From Granulicella sp. (GTDB taxonomy: Bacteria > Acidobacteriota > Terriglobia > Terriglobales > Acidobacteriaceae): a DNA stretch of 47,761 bases. Shown here one piece after another: positions 26,631-36,386 of the stretch. The position numbers and the translations under genes are program-made. The notes under the pieces are model-generated. The model was not told where the DNA came from. It saw only the letters and a program-made list of their open reading frames with translations, and ran no database searches. The number at the start of each line of letters is the position of its first letter. Positions within the stretch are counted from its first letter, which is position 1. Where the stretch lies: NCBI GenBank assembly GCA_025359825.1, contig JANYER010000161.1:1-47761 (forward strand), in the 5' to 3' direction.

Positions 26631-27992
26631 CTACCGGGAGATCCACCGCATCCACCCACCCGCAGGTGTCTCCGCCGCCATAAATCGCGCCACGTCTCCC
26701 ACCATCGCCCCAGCCGCCAGCCGGCCACTCCGCACCGCACCCTCCATCGTCGAAGGCCATTCCGTCGCCGTCCAGTCGCCTGCCAGATACAAGCTTGGCC
26801 ACTCTGTAAGCTGCGTCGGACGATACGCGTCCAGTCCCGGTGTTACCGAGAATGTCGCGCGCGCCTCCTTCAGCACCCCACTCTTCAGCAGCTTCGCCTC
26901 CCTCACCTTCGGGAAGAACAGCTCCAACTCCTGCAGCGCCGAAGCCAGAATCTCCTCGCGTCCCATCCCCAACTCCGCCCGCGAAGCACTGATCACCAGC
27001 TCCAGGTAGCTTCCCCGCCCGGTCTCCCAACGTCGTATCCGCGTCTTCGCAAACACCCATTGGATTCGCGTATCCAGCAGTACCGCGTGGTCCATCTCCG
27101 TCACATCCCGGTCGTACCAGAGATGCACCGTAGTAATCGGCGCAGTCACAAATTGCTCAAACTCAATCCCCACCTCTCCACCTAGTCCCGCGATCAGCCG
27201 TTGCGTCTGGCGGAAATCGGTAGCGAGCACGACCGCGTCCGTCAGTTGTTCGCCATCTGCTGTGCGGATCACCCAGCGCCCGTCCCGCTGCTCCAACCCA
27301 TCCACGCCGCACTTCAGCTTTACCGTCACACCTAACTGCTCCGCCAACTCAGCCACCGGCGTAAAGAACTCCGTCAGCGGCACCGCTGGGACCCCCAGCC
27401 GGCCACCTTCCTGCGACTTTAGGAACGACTCATGAAACACCTTGCCCGCATACTTCACCGAGCACTGCTCAAACCCATCGTTCAGCGCCCCCACCACCAC
27501 CGGCTCCCAGAAGTGCCGGATCGCCCGCTCCGTCTGCCCCGTCCGCTTCAGCCAGCTCGCAAAGCTCTCCGTATCGTCCGCAGGATACCCACGCAAGAAT
27601 CGCAGCAACCCCGCAGCAATTCCAGCCTTGTCTTTCAACCCCAGCATCGGTGCCTGCAGAAAACTCAGTGCCTGGTGCATCGGAGCAGGCAGCCCACTCG
27701 GCTTCATCACACTGCGCCGACCACCAGGCTCCAGAAACATCAGCTCGTCGTACCACCGCACCAGGTCACTCGCTCCAGCCTGCTGCATTAACCCTAGTAG
27801 ATTCGTGCAGCAACCCAGCACCACATGCTGCGAATCCACCACCTCGCCCAACGCCGGATGCTCATAGGAGTACGCCCGCCCACCAATTGCCGGGCGACGC
27901 TCCAGCAATGTCACCTTCGCGCCATCGCCCGCCAACGCAACCGCAGCCGCCAGTCCGGCCAACCCGCCGCCGACGACCACCACATCGCTCAA
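26631..27992 (-). CDS. hpnE: Hydroxysqualene dehydroxylase
   Basis: FAD motif GGGLAGL, GGRAYS, DSQHVVLGC, LAGDWT..WPSTMEGAVRSG. TTG start at 27992 overlaps the hpnD stop (TTGA). Confidence 0.92.
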   Translation of the reverse strand: MSDVVVVGGGLAGLAAAVALAGDGAKVTLLERRPAIGGRAYSYEHPALGEVVDSQHVVLGCCTNLLGLMQQAGASDLVRWYDELMFLEPGGRRSVMKPSGLPAPMHQALSFLQAPMLGLKDKAGIAAGLLRFLRGYPADDTESFASWLKRTGQTERAIRHFWEPVVVGALNDGFEQCSVKYAGKVFHESFLKSQEGGRLGVPAVPLTEFFTPVAELAEQLGVTVKLKCGVDGLEQRDGRWVIRTADGEQLTDAVVLATDFRQTQRLIAGLGGEVGIEFEQFVTAPITTVHLWYDRDVTEMDHAVLLDTRIQWVFAKTRIRRWETGRGSYLELVISASRAELGMGREEILASALQELELFFPKVREAKLLKSGVLKEARATFSVTPGLDAYRPTQLTEWPSLYLAGDWTATEWPSTMEGAVRSGRLAAGAMVGDVARFMAAETPAGGWMRWISR

Positions 27993-28894
27993 GCCGTCAC
28001 CCGATTCATCGCCGCCATGCCCATCCCACGCGCCAACGCACCCAGCTTCCCTATCGTCGGCACGCTCACCCGCTGCGAAAATACGTCGTAGTCCACCTTC
28101 GCAATCCGCTTCAGTAGGCCGTGATAGATCGTCACCAGCACCCACAGCGCCGCTCGGCTATCCTTGTCGATCAGCGGCAACAACTCATCAGCAGACGAGT
28201 AATATCCCTCCGCCTTTCTACCGAGTGAGTTCAACATGGAGCGCTCCGGGAATCCCATCGGAGCACCGTCCGCCACCTGCCTGATCCGATCTATATCCGT
28301 CCCAAATTCACTCAGCAAATCCAGCGGCAGATACACCCGTCCCCGCTCCGCGTCTTCTTTCACGTCCCGCAAGATATTCGTCAACTGAAACGCAACACCC
28401 GTCTCCTCAGCCAGCTTCTCAGCTCGCACATCGTTATACCCAAAGATCTTGATGCACACTAAACCCACAACTGAAGCCACCAGGTAGCAGTACTTATAAA
28501 GCTCATCAAAATCGGCATACGTCTGGACTGAATCCGCCACCGCAGGCTCCTGCTCCAGGTCCATCGTCGTTCCCTGCACCAACTGGTCCAGCAGTTCATC
28601 CGAAACCCCAAATCGCTGCTGCGTATCCCGCACCGCAATAAAAACCGCATCGTCAGAAGCCCCACCTGCCTGCACCGCGCGCCACGCCGCAACCCACTCC
28701 GCCATCGCGACCCTCCGAGAGGCAATCGTCATGCTCTCATCGTCGGCAAGATCGTCTGCCTTGCGCATAAACGCGTACACCGCGCACATCGCATCGCTCT
28801 TATGCTGCGGCAGCACGCGGAATGAGTAGTAAAAATTCTTGGCCTCCCGCCTCGCAATCGCCCGGCACTCCAGATACGCTTCAGCAACGGTCAT
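27989..28894 (-). CDS. hpnD: Presqualene diphosphate synthase
   Basis: AKNFYYSF, YAFMRKADDLAD, YCYLVASVVG, FQLTNILRDVKED; lies between hpnC and hpnE. Confidence 0.9.
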   Translation of the reverse strand: MTVAEAYLECRAIARREAKNFYYSFRVLPQHKSDAMCAVYAFMRKADDLADDESMTIASRRVAMAEWVAAWRAVQAGGASDDAVFIAVRDTQQRFGVSDELLDQLVQGTTMDLEQEPAVADSVQTYADFDELYKYCYLVASVVGLVCIKIFGYNDVRAEKLAEETGVAFQLTNILRDVKEDAERGRVYLPLDLLSEFGTDIDRIRQVADGAPMGFPERSMLNSLGRKAEGYYSSADELLPLIDKDSRAALWVLVTIYHGLLKRIAKVDYDVFSQRVSVPTIGKLGALARGMGMAAMNRVTA

Positions 28895-29835
28895 CGTCCA
28901 CCCAACCCCGTCCGCGCCTTATCCAACAACGCTCCCAGCAGCAGCTGCACCTTCTTCACCTTCGTCACCACCGGGCGCCCGCGCAACACGTCATAATCTT
29001 GTGCCGCAATTCCATCCAGAATCGCCTCACCGCCCTTGCGAAACAGATCCAGCGTAACCTTCAGCTCCTTGTCGACAAACCCGCTGATTGCACCGCCCTC
29101 CAGTAGGATCTCCCGCGTACGCCCCACCAGCTCCGCCATCATAGCGCGGAACTCCGGGGTGAACACCCGGCCAAGAATCTGCCCTTCATCCACGCCAAAC
29201 CGCTCCAACGACTCCGCTGGCAAATAGCGCCTGCCTCGCTCCGCATCCTCCACCACATCCTGCCAGAAGTTCGCCAGCTGTAGCGCCGTACAGACCTTGT
29301 CCGAGAGCTGCCCCAGCGCCTCTTCCCGATACCCGCAAACCCAAAGCACAAGCCTGCCCACAGGGTTCGCCGAGTAACGCGAATACTCCAGGAGTTCCTC
29401 CCAAGTCGCATACTCCGTCTTCACCTGATCCAACTTGAAGGCATATAGCAGATCGGCAAACAGCGTCTTCGGCAGCTCACACGCAACAATCGTCTCTCGC
29501 AACGCGACAAATACGGGATGCATCGACCGCTCCGGTGCCTGGTAGCACTCATCCAGCATCCCCTCCCACGTATTTAGTAGCCGCAGCGCAACCTCTGGAT
29601 TCGCCACCTCGTCCCCCAGATCATCCGACACCCGGCAGTACGCGTAGATACTCTCGAAATGCGGCCGCACCTTCTTCGGCAGAAAGAACGTAGCAACGTG
29701 AAAGTTCTCATAGTGAGAGCCAGTCAGCTCCTTACACCAAGCCTCAGCCTCGGCCAGCGTCGGACGCTCCTCCGGCACGAGATACGGCTCAGGCGCACCC
29801 TCCAGTACGTTCCGTCCCTTCACTGTCTCGGTCAT
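28891..29835 (-). CDS. hpnC: Hydroxysqualene synthase
   Basis: HYENFHVA, SDDLGDE, YSRYSANPVGRLVL, CTALQLANFWQD. Confidence 0.93.
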   Translation of the reverse strand: MTETVKGRNVLEGAPEPYLVPEERPTLAEAEAWCKELTGSHYENFHVATFFLPKKVRPHFESIYAYCRVSDDLGDEVANPEVALRLLNTWEGMLDECYQAPERSMHPVFVALRETIVACELPKTLFADLLYAFKLDQVKTEYATWEELLEYSRYSANPVGRLVLWVCGYREEALGQLSDKVCTALQLANFWQDVVEDAERGRRYLPAESLERFGVDEGQILGRVFTPEFRAMMAELVGRTREILLEGGAISGFVDKELKVTLDLFRKGGEAILDGIAAQDYDVLRGRPVVTKVKKVQLLLGALLDKARTGLGGR

Positions 29836-30899
29836 CGCGGGACCCCGCCCGGAAACACCGCAATCTTGATCTCACGACCACCTGTGCTGCGCTCCATCAT
29901 CTTCACAAACAGCCCCGGAACCTCTGCCAGCTCCGCACGTCCTGTAATCGCATCAGCACACTGGAACCGTCCACTCGTAATCAACTCGAACGCCGTCCGG
30001 CACGTTTCTGGAGAGTGATGGAAGCTCGCCTTCAACGTAATGTCGCCGTAGTGCAGGCGGTTCGTATCCAGCGCCACCTTGGTTCCACTCGGAGGCCCGC
30101 CAAAAAAGTTCACCACACCACCCTTGCGCACCATATCCACAGCCCACTCCCAGGTCATCGGAGTAGCCACAGCCTCAATCACCACATCCGCCCCACGCCC
30201 CTCTGGCGTCAGCGCACGTGCCGCGGCGACCGCATCTACGCCTTCGCGAATCTGAACCACCTGCTCCGCACCAAACAGCTTCGCCGTCTCCACCTGGTCG
30301 TCGCGCTTCACCACCGCAATCACCCGAACTCCGCTCAGCGCCGCGACATGAATAAACATCAACCCAATCGGCCCAGCACCAATCACGATCATGCTGCTGC
30401 CGGCCTTGGCTCCGCTCTCTTCCAGCCCACGTACCACGCAGGCCAGCGGCTCTGTCAGCGCAGCATACTCAAACGGAATCTCATCGGGCACCAGCAGCGT
30501 ATTCTTTTCCACAATCCGTGCTGGAATCCGAATCAGCTCCGCATATGCCCCATTGTTGAAGAGCAAGTCCTCACAAAGATTTTGCTGGCCCTGCTGGCAG
30601 AAGTAGCAAACATCGCAAGGAGCAGAGTTCAACGCCACCACCCGGTCCCCCAGTTTGAAGCGAGTCACTCCCGCACCCACCTCCACCACCGTACCCGCAA
30701 CTTCATGCCCAAACGGGATCGGCGGTTTCAGCATCATCGCGTGATACCCCCGTTTATAGACCTTCAGATCGGTCCCACAGGTCAGCGCCGCCCCAACCCG
30801 CAGCACCACCTCACCAGCACCTGCCCGAGGCATAGGGACAGCCTCAAGTCGCAGGTCTTCCTTGCCGTACAACACCGCAGCCGTCATCACTTCATTCAT
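29832..30899 (-). CDS. Zinc-dependent (MDR) alcohol dehydrogenase, threonine/sorbitol dehydrogenase-like
   Basis: CGTD, GHE, structural zinc site CDVCYFC-x7-C, EPLACV, GAGPIG; stop overlaps the hpnC start (ATGA). Start could be 30887-30935. Confidence 0.88.
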   Translation of the reverse strand: MNEVMTAAVLYGKEDLRLEAVPMPRAGAGEVVLRVGAALTCGTDLKVYKRGYHAMMLKPPIPFGHEVAGTVVEVGAGVTRFKLGDRVVALNSAPCDVCYFCQQGQQNLCEDLLFNNGAYAELIRIPARIVEKNTLLVPDEIPFEYAALTEPLACVVRGLEESGAKAGSSMIVIGAGPIGLMFIHVAALSGVRVIAVVKRDDQVETAKLFGAEQVVQIREGVDAVAAARALTPEGRGADVVIEAVATPMTWEWAVDMVRKGGVVNFFGGPPSGTKVALDTNRLHYGDITLKASFHHSPETCRTAFELITSGRFQCADAITGRAELAEVPGLFVKMMERSTGGREIKIAVFPGGVPR

Positions 30900-31020
30900 C
30901 TCTACAATCATCTCATTCCAGCCCCTCTCCCGCACCCCCAGGAACCTCGTTCACTCCGTCCAAATTCCATGCAGTCGTAATTCAAACCGCTGCATCTGAT
31001 ACATTGAGCCAGATAACGAC

Positions 31021-31800
31021 ATGTCCTTCGTCTCCCCAGAGGTCTTCGCCAAACAAAAAATTGCCGCCCTCCAGGACTACTCCGTCCTGGCCGGACGCTC
31101 CATCTCAAATCTCTTCTCCCGTCCCATCTACTGGGCGGACATCTACACCCAGATGGACTCCATCGGCGTTGGTTCCCTGCCCATCGTCATCCTCACCGGT
31201 TTCTTTACCGGCTGCGTTCTGGCGCTCCAGTCTGCCACTGCGCTCGAGGCCTTCGGAGCAAAATCAAAGACCGGCTCCCTCGTAGCCCTCTCCATGGTCA
31301 AGGAACTCGGACCCGTCCTCACCGGCCTCATGGTCTCCGGCCGCAACGCCTCCGGCATGGCCTCGGAACTCGGCTCCATGAAGGTTACCGAGCAGATCGA
31401 CGCCATGCGCGCCCTCGGCACAGACCCCATCCGCAAGCTCGTTACCCCCCGCGTACTCGCCACTGTCTTCGTCCTCTTCTTCCTTACCATCATCTCGGAC
31501 GCAGTCGGCATCGCTGGCGGAGCACTCGTCGGCGTCAGCCTCATCGGCCTTAACGCCAGCTCCTACCTCCACAGCTCGTATAACGGACTGGTCATCGGCG
31601 ATATCGCCCAGGGGCTCACCAAGCCGCTCTTCTCCGGCTTCATCATCGCCACGGTCGGCTGTTACTTCGGCCTCAAGACCACCGGCGGCACCCAGGGCGT
31701 AGGTCGTGCCACCACCCAGGCTGTCGTCGTCTCTTCCGTCCTCATCATCGTCGTAGACTTCCTCGTCAGCCGACTCATGATCGGCATCTTCGGAAGCTAA
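31021..31800 (+). CDS. mlaE: MlaE-family ABC transporter permease
   Basis: IGVGSLP, KELGPVLT, ELGSMKVTEQIDAMRALG.DP, GVGRATTQAVV. Confidence 0.9.
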   Translation: MSFVSPEVFAKQKIAALQDYSVLAGRSISNLFSRPIYWADIYTQMDSIGVGSLPIVILTGFFTGCVLALQSATALEAFGAKSKTGSLVALSMVKELGPVLTGLMVSGRNASGMASELGSMKVTEQIDAMRALGTDPIRKLVTPRVLATVFVLFFLTIISDAVGIAGGALVGVSLIGLNASSYLHSSYNGLVIGDIAQGLTKPLFSGFIIATVGCYFGLKTTGGTQGVGRATTQAVVVSSVLIIVVDFLVSRLMIGIFGS

Positions 31801-31804
31801 CCCA

Positions 31805-32644
31805 ATGACCCCTGACGTCACTCCATCCCCGGCCGCAATCCTCACCCCTGACACAGACCAACCAGTCGTCTCGTTCGAAAATGTCTCCATCGCCTTCGAC
31901 GGCAAGACGGTTCTCCAGGACATCTCCTTCGAGGTCCATCAGGCCGAGACCCGCATCATCCTCGGCCCCGCCGGCGGCGGGAAATCCGTCCTCATGAAGC
32001 TCGCCAACGGCCTTCTCAAGCCAGACACTGGCACTATCAAGGTCTTCGGCGAAGATGTCACCTCCATGCGCGAGCGCGATCTCTTCGCCCTCCGCGCACG
32101 TATCGGCATGGTCTTTCAGGAGTCCGCCCTCTTCGACTCCCTCTCGGTAGAAGACAACGTCGCCTACCGCTTGCACGAAGACGGCGTCTCCATCGAAGAG
32201 TCGCATGATCGTGTCGTAGAAGCGCTCCACTTCGTCGAGCTCGACCACGCTATCACTAAGTACCCATCCGAGCTCTCTGGCGGTATGCGACGTCGCGTCT
32301 CTATTGCTCGCGCCATTATCACCAAGCCCGACCTCATCCTCTACGACTCTCCCACCGGTGGCCTGGATCCCATCACCTCCACCACCATCGTCGAACTGAT
32401 CGTCAAGCAGCGCGACGTCTCCCACACCACCTCGCTGCTCATCACCCATCGCTTGCAGGACGCCTTCACCCTCGCCATGAGCCATTTCAATCAGGCCACC
32501 GGCAAGATGGAGCGGCTCGCCAACGAGGGCATCGACGACAGCACCCGCTTCCTCGTCCTCAACGAAGGGAAAGTAATCTTCGACGGCTCTACCCTCGAAC
32601 TCGTCCGCTCCCCGGACCCGTGGATCAAGGACTACCTGAGCTAG
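31805..32644 (+). CDS. mlaF: MlaF/Mkl-like ABC ATP-binding protein
   Basis: Walker A GPAGGGKS, GMVFQESALFDSL, LSGGMRRR, Walker B LILYD-S-PT (non-canonical), ITH. Confidence 0.85.
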   Translation: MTPDVTPSPAAILTPDTDQPVVSFENVSIAFDGKTVLQDISFEVHQAETRIILGPAGGGKSVLMKLANGLLKPDTGTIKVFGEDVTSMRERDLFALRARIGMVFQESALFDSLSVEDNVAYRLHEDGVSIEESHDRVVEALHFVELDHAITKYPSELSGGMRRRVSIARAIITKPDLILYDSPTGGLDPITSTTIVELIVKQRDVSHTTSLLITHRLQDAFTLAMSHFNQATGKMERLANEGIDDSTRFLVLNEGKVIFDGSTLELVRSPDPWIKDYLS

Positions 32645-32680
32645 TTTCAGCCCCTACCGCTTTAGCTAAAGCTTCAGCCC

Positions 32681-33358
32681 TTACCGCTGTCCCTTCTTCC
32701 ACTCCTCATAGGGAATTCGAGGGATCGTCATGAACGCCCCCTGCGTCTTCACATACGATCCCAACCCATTCATGCGCCCAATTGCATGCAACTCCTCAGA
32801 CTTCACGTACGGCCCCGCAGGATCGATAAATTGGTCCTCCACATAAATGCCCACTACCCGTCCTAGAATAATTCGCGACCGTCCAATCTCAATCGTCGCG
32901 TGTTCCACGCATTCCAGGGCGGCATGCGCTTGAGCAATGCGCGGCACCTTCACGTTCTTCGATGGAGCGGTATCCAGCCCCGCCATCTCCAACTCGTCCA
33001 TCCCTTCCGGAAAGTCCGTCCCACAGATGTTCATCTGCTGCGCCAGATCTTCCGTCACCACATTCACCACGAATTCCCCAGTCCGGCGAATATTCCGCGC
33101 CGTATCCTTCGGGACAAAATTTCCACCCGGCTTATTCATCACTCCCAGCCCCACCACCGGAGGGTCGGTACAGAGATAGTTGTAAGAGCTGAACGGCGCA
33201 GCATTCATCCTGCCCGCCTCGTTCATGCTGGTCACCAACGCAATCGGACGCGGAGCCACCAGCCCAATCAGCAGGTTGTAAATCGACTTCGCCGGCAACT
33301 TCTCGATCTCAAAATCCAAAGTTCTAACCTTCCCAGGTCGTAACTCAAGTCCTGTCAC
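32681..33358 (-). CDS. Flavin reductase family protein (DIM6/NTAB)
   Basis: VAPRPIALVTS, NAAPFS, KDTARNIRRTGEFVVNVV, PRI..A.LEC. Confidence 0.88.
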   Translation of the reverse strand: MTGLELRPGKVRTLDFEIEKLPAKSIYNLLIGLVAPRPIALVTSMNEAGRMNAAPFSSYNYLCTDPPVVGLGVMNKPGGNFVPKDTARNIRRTGEFVVNVVTEDLAQQMNICGTDFPEGMDELEMAGLDTAPSKNVKVPRIAQAHAALECVEHATIEIGRSRIILGRVVGIYVEDQFIDPAGPYVKSEELHAIGRMNGLGSYVKTQGAFMTIPRIPYEEWKKGQR

Positions 33359-33364
33359 ACATCC

Positions 33365-34261
33365 TCACCCTAGCACTATCGCTGTGATCGCTGCTTGCAC
33401 AGCTGGCCACGCTCTACTGCCGGGATCGACCACGTCAAAATGATCCGCACCTGGAACTATCGTCACTTTGACCTCCTCCCCAAGCCGACGGACCTGATCC
33501 GCCCAACGAACCGGCAGTTCGCCCGGAATCTGACTGTCATTGGCCCCTTGAATCAACAACTGCCGAGCGTTCAGCGGCAGTAGGAACCCCGGATCTCCCG
33601 CACGGTACCGCTCCGGAAACTGCGCCGGAGTGCCACCCATCAGGCTGTACACCTCGCGCTTGTCATGCGCAAACGTCAGCCATCCAGACAGATCAATCGT
33701 CAGCCGCAGATCCACGACAGCCGCCAAACCGATAACTCCGCGTATCCCGATCTTTGGTTGCGGCTCGTGCAAAACATCACCTGCCGGGATATGCTGCCAC
33801 CCCGCCAGCCAGAACGCTAAATGTCCCCCAGCCGAATGTCCCATTACAAACACCCGCTTCAAATCCACGGGGTACTTCCTGGCCAGCTCGCCAACAAAAT
33901 CGAACCCATCGGCCACATCCTGAAACGTCATCGGCCACCCGCCTCCGGTGCGCCCCACCCGCCGGTACTCCAACGACCACGTAGCAATCCCAAAGGCCCG
34001 CAACGCCTCGCAAAGATGGCCGCCATACTCCAGGTCATAGTCCGACTGCCACCACCCGCCATGCAGAAACACCACCAATGGGGCCAATTGACCCGCCTTC
34101 ATCTTCGGTAGCCGCAGATCTCCAAACCCTCCACCCTGTTCCTCGCTCAGCCTTCGGTCTGTACCCACGCTCTCCCCATCGCGCCTGGTTCTACCATATC
34201 CGATGCGAAAGTCCGCTATTTGAGCAATCGTGTTAAAAATGCTCATACTCACATGACGCAA
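33365..34261 (-). CDS. Alpha/beta hydrolase (esterase-like)
   Basis: HGGWW oxyanion motif, GHSAGG nucleophile elbow, GAND and GADHF. Start may be 34246. Confidence 0.88.
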   Translation of the reverse strand: MRHVSMSIFNTIAQIADFRIGYGRTRRDGESVGTDRRLSEEQGGGFGDLRLPKMKAGQLAPLVVFLHGGWWQSDYDLEYGGHLCEALRAFGIATWSLEYRRVGRTGGGWPMTFQDVADGFDFVGELARKYPVDLKRVFVMGHSAGGHLAFWLAGWQHIPAGDVLHEPQPKIGIRGVIGLAAVVDLRLTIDLSGWLTFAHDKREVYSLMGGTPAQFPERYRAGDPGFLLPLNARQLLIQGANDSQIPGELPVRWADQVRRLGEEVKVTIVPGADHFDVVDPGSRAWPAVQAAITAIVLG

Positions 34262-34320
34262 CAGGACTTACTTCAGATGTTCCGCAACTTTCTCCTATCC
34301 ATCACGTCCAATGTAGAACC

Positions 34321-35223
34321 GTGAAATCCCTGAAACATTATCCCTTCGCCCAGAGTGTCCTGACTGCCTTTTTCCTTGCTGCCGGCGGACTTGCGGCACA
34401 GCCTGTTCCCCCCTCAGCGCTCCGCCTGCCTGCACCCGTGGCCAACCAGATGGCCATTCTGGACCTTCCTGATTCTCCCTCCGCCTCTATGCTTCAACAG
34501 CCAAGCACTTCCACTCCGCAACCGGACCCCCACGAAGACGAAAAGGAGAAGAAAAAACTCGAGCACGAAGAGGCCGAGAAGGTCCTGAAGGCAGAGGAGC
34601 GCCAAAGAATCGCCGGAGTCCTCCCTAACTTCAATACCGTCATCGGCGGCTATGCTCCGCCCCTCAGTGCGGGCCAGAAGATGCGTGCCTCCCTCCGCAG
34701 CGCGATCGACCCCGCACAACTTGTCATAGCTGGACTCAGCGCCGGCTATGGTCAGGCCACCGACTCTCACAGCTCTATCGACTCCACCGGCTTCCGCCAC
34801 GGCTACCCCCAGGGCGCCACCGGCTACCTCAAACGCTACGGCGCAGCCTATGCAGACCAGTTCGATGGCACGATCCTCGGCAATGGCGCCTTCCCCGCGC
34901 TGCTGCATCAGGACCCACGCTACTTTCGTCTCGGCAGCGGCCCCATCAAGCACCGCTTTCTATACGCGGCAGCCAGCACCATCCGCTGCAAGAGCGACAA
35001 AGACAAATGGCAGCCGAACGTCTCAAACCTCTTGGGAAACCTGGCCGCTGGAGGCGTCTCGAATCTCTACTACCCCGCAGCAGAACGAGGGTTCGGCCTC
35101 ACCATCGAACAAGGGCTGTTAGTCACCGCCGAAGGCGCGTTTGGCTCATTCCTGCTTGAGTTTTATCCGGACGTACAAAAGAAATTCTCCAACCGCCACA
35201 AGGCTGGAAAATCGAAATCCTAA
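34321..35223 (+). CDS. Exported/envelope hypothetical protein
   Basis: Signal peptide-like N-terminus, LPDSPS linker, ERQRIAGVLPNF, PLSAGQK, LHQDPRYFR; function unknown. Confidence 0.75.
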   Translation: MKSLKHYPFAQSVLTAFFLAAGGLAAQPVPPSALRLPAPVANQMAILDLPDSPSASMLQQPSTSTPQPDPHEDEKEKKKLEHEEAEKVLKAEERQRIAGVLPNFNTVIGGYAPPLSAGQKMRASLRSAIDPAQLVIAGLSAGYGQATDSHSSIDSTGFRHGYPQGATGYLKRYGAAYADQFDGTILGNGAFPALLHQDPRYFRLGSGPIKHRFLYAAASTIRCKSDKDKWQPNVSNLLGNLAAGGVSNLYYPAAERGFGLTIEQGLLVTAEGAFGSFLLEFYPDVQKKFSNRHKAGKSKS

Positions 35224-35237
35224 CTTCGGCTTCAAAA

Positions 35238-35639
35238 TTAGTGCTGGGAAGTGTTCTGCTTCGCGCTCGCAGGTGCCGCCGGAAGCGTATAAATCACCTC
35301 ACCCGGACGGGTGTAGTGCAGTTCCTCGCGCGCCTGATGCTCAATCGCTGCCGGATCGTTCTGCAACCGGTTGACGTGCCCCTTCAACAGCTCGTTCTCT
35401 CGCTCCAGACTTTTTAGCTGCAGGCTCAGGCTCTTCGTCTCCTGACGCTTCTGCTCATACGACGTCAGGCCGTTCTGTCCAAACATCACATGAAAGCCCA
35501 GGCCCAGCGCGCCAACAGCCGCAGCCCCTGTCGCAACCTTACGCCAGCTAAGGTTTACGGCACGAACCACTCCGGCCACGCGAGTTGATAACGTCGATAG
35601 CATCTCCTTCAGTACATCGACTGCGCTCACTACGGTCAA
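35238..35639 (-). CDS. ftsB: Septum formation initiator (FtsB/DivIC family)
   Basis: TM helix followed by FGQNG, a coiled coil and IEHQAREELHYTRPGEVIY. Start uncertain. Confidence 0.85.
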   Translation of the reverse strand: MTVVSAVDVLKEMLSTLSTRVAGVVRAVNLSWRKVATGAAAVGALGLGFHVMFGQNGLTSYEQKRQETKSLSLQLKSLERENELLKGHVNRLQNDPAAIEHQAREELHYTRPGEVIYTLPAAPASAKQNTSQH

Positions 35640-35777
35640 GTGGAAAACCTCTCACCTCCAGCAAGGTATCTACTTCATACCCCACGTTCGTGCCGCGACA
35701 ACGTATCCCAGAAACGGAAGTGGCATTCAAATTAGCTGCACGAATCCTCAGCCCCTTGGTATCCTTACACCTGAGAC

Positions 35778-36365
35778 ATGCAGATACTCTTCACCATCTC
35801 GGTCCTCAGCTTCTTCGGGATAACCTGGGCAGCGATTGCCTTCGCCCGCCATATCAAGGCTGGGCAGCTCCGCAATCGCACTGCAACCCTCTCCATCGTT
35901 CCCGCCCGGCCAGACTTCAAACACCATCTCCTTAACGCCCCCCTCTCCAACGTTCCTGCCTTTAGTCCGCTTACTTCCGGTGCCCCCACCACGAGCGCAC
36001 CACCCATCCACACGCCGTTCGCTCGAACCACCTTCGTCCCGGAGAGGCCCACCGTACTGCGAACACGCAGCATGCAGCTCCACCAGTCCGCCAAGGACAT
36101 CACTGCCAGGAAGCAGTGGACCATGCCAACCCAGTCGGGCCGCCCCCAGCGCCGCACCCTTCTGGCCCGGATCACGCATCAGGAATCAGCCCAGAGTCTC
36201 TCCATCGATCGCCGCAAGCCCCCGCTCCCCGCCCGGCACGGTACCATGGAGCTACTCGATCCCGCATACTTCAACAAAGACCTGGGCGACCTTACCGACC
36301 CCTACCAACCCACTCCCGTTCGCGTCAATGAACGCGCTCAATCGTCATCCCGCAGAAAGTTTTAG
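35778..36365 (+). CDS. Hypothetical protein with N-terminal TM helix and Pro-rich tail
   Basis: MQILFTISVLSFFGITWAAIAFARHIK is TM-like; the ORF fills the gap before bioY. Confidence 0.6.
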   Translation: MQILFTISVLSFFGITWAAIAFARHIKAGQLRNRTATLSIVPARPDFKHHLLNAPLSNVPAFSPLTSGAPTTSAPPIHTPFARTTFVPERPTVLRTRSMQLHQSAKDITARKQWTMPTQSGRPQRRTLLARITHQESAQSLSIDRRKPPLPARHGTMELLDPAYFNKDLGDLTDPYQPTPVRVNERAQSSSRRKF

Positions 36366-36386
36366 CAGCTCGAAAGGAACCGCAGC

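Noticed and set aside
27993-28145. 51-aa N-terminal extension of hpnE
   Set aside because: It overlaps hpnD; the FAD motif and TTGA coupling support a start at 27992.
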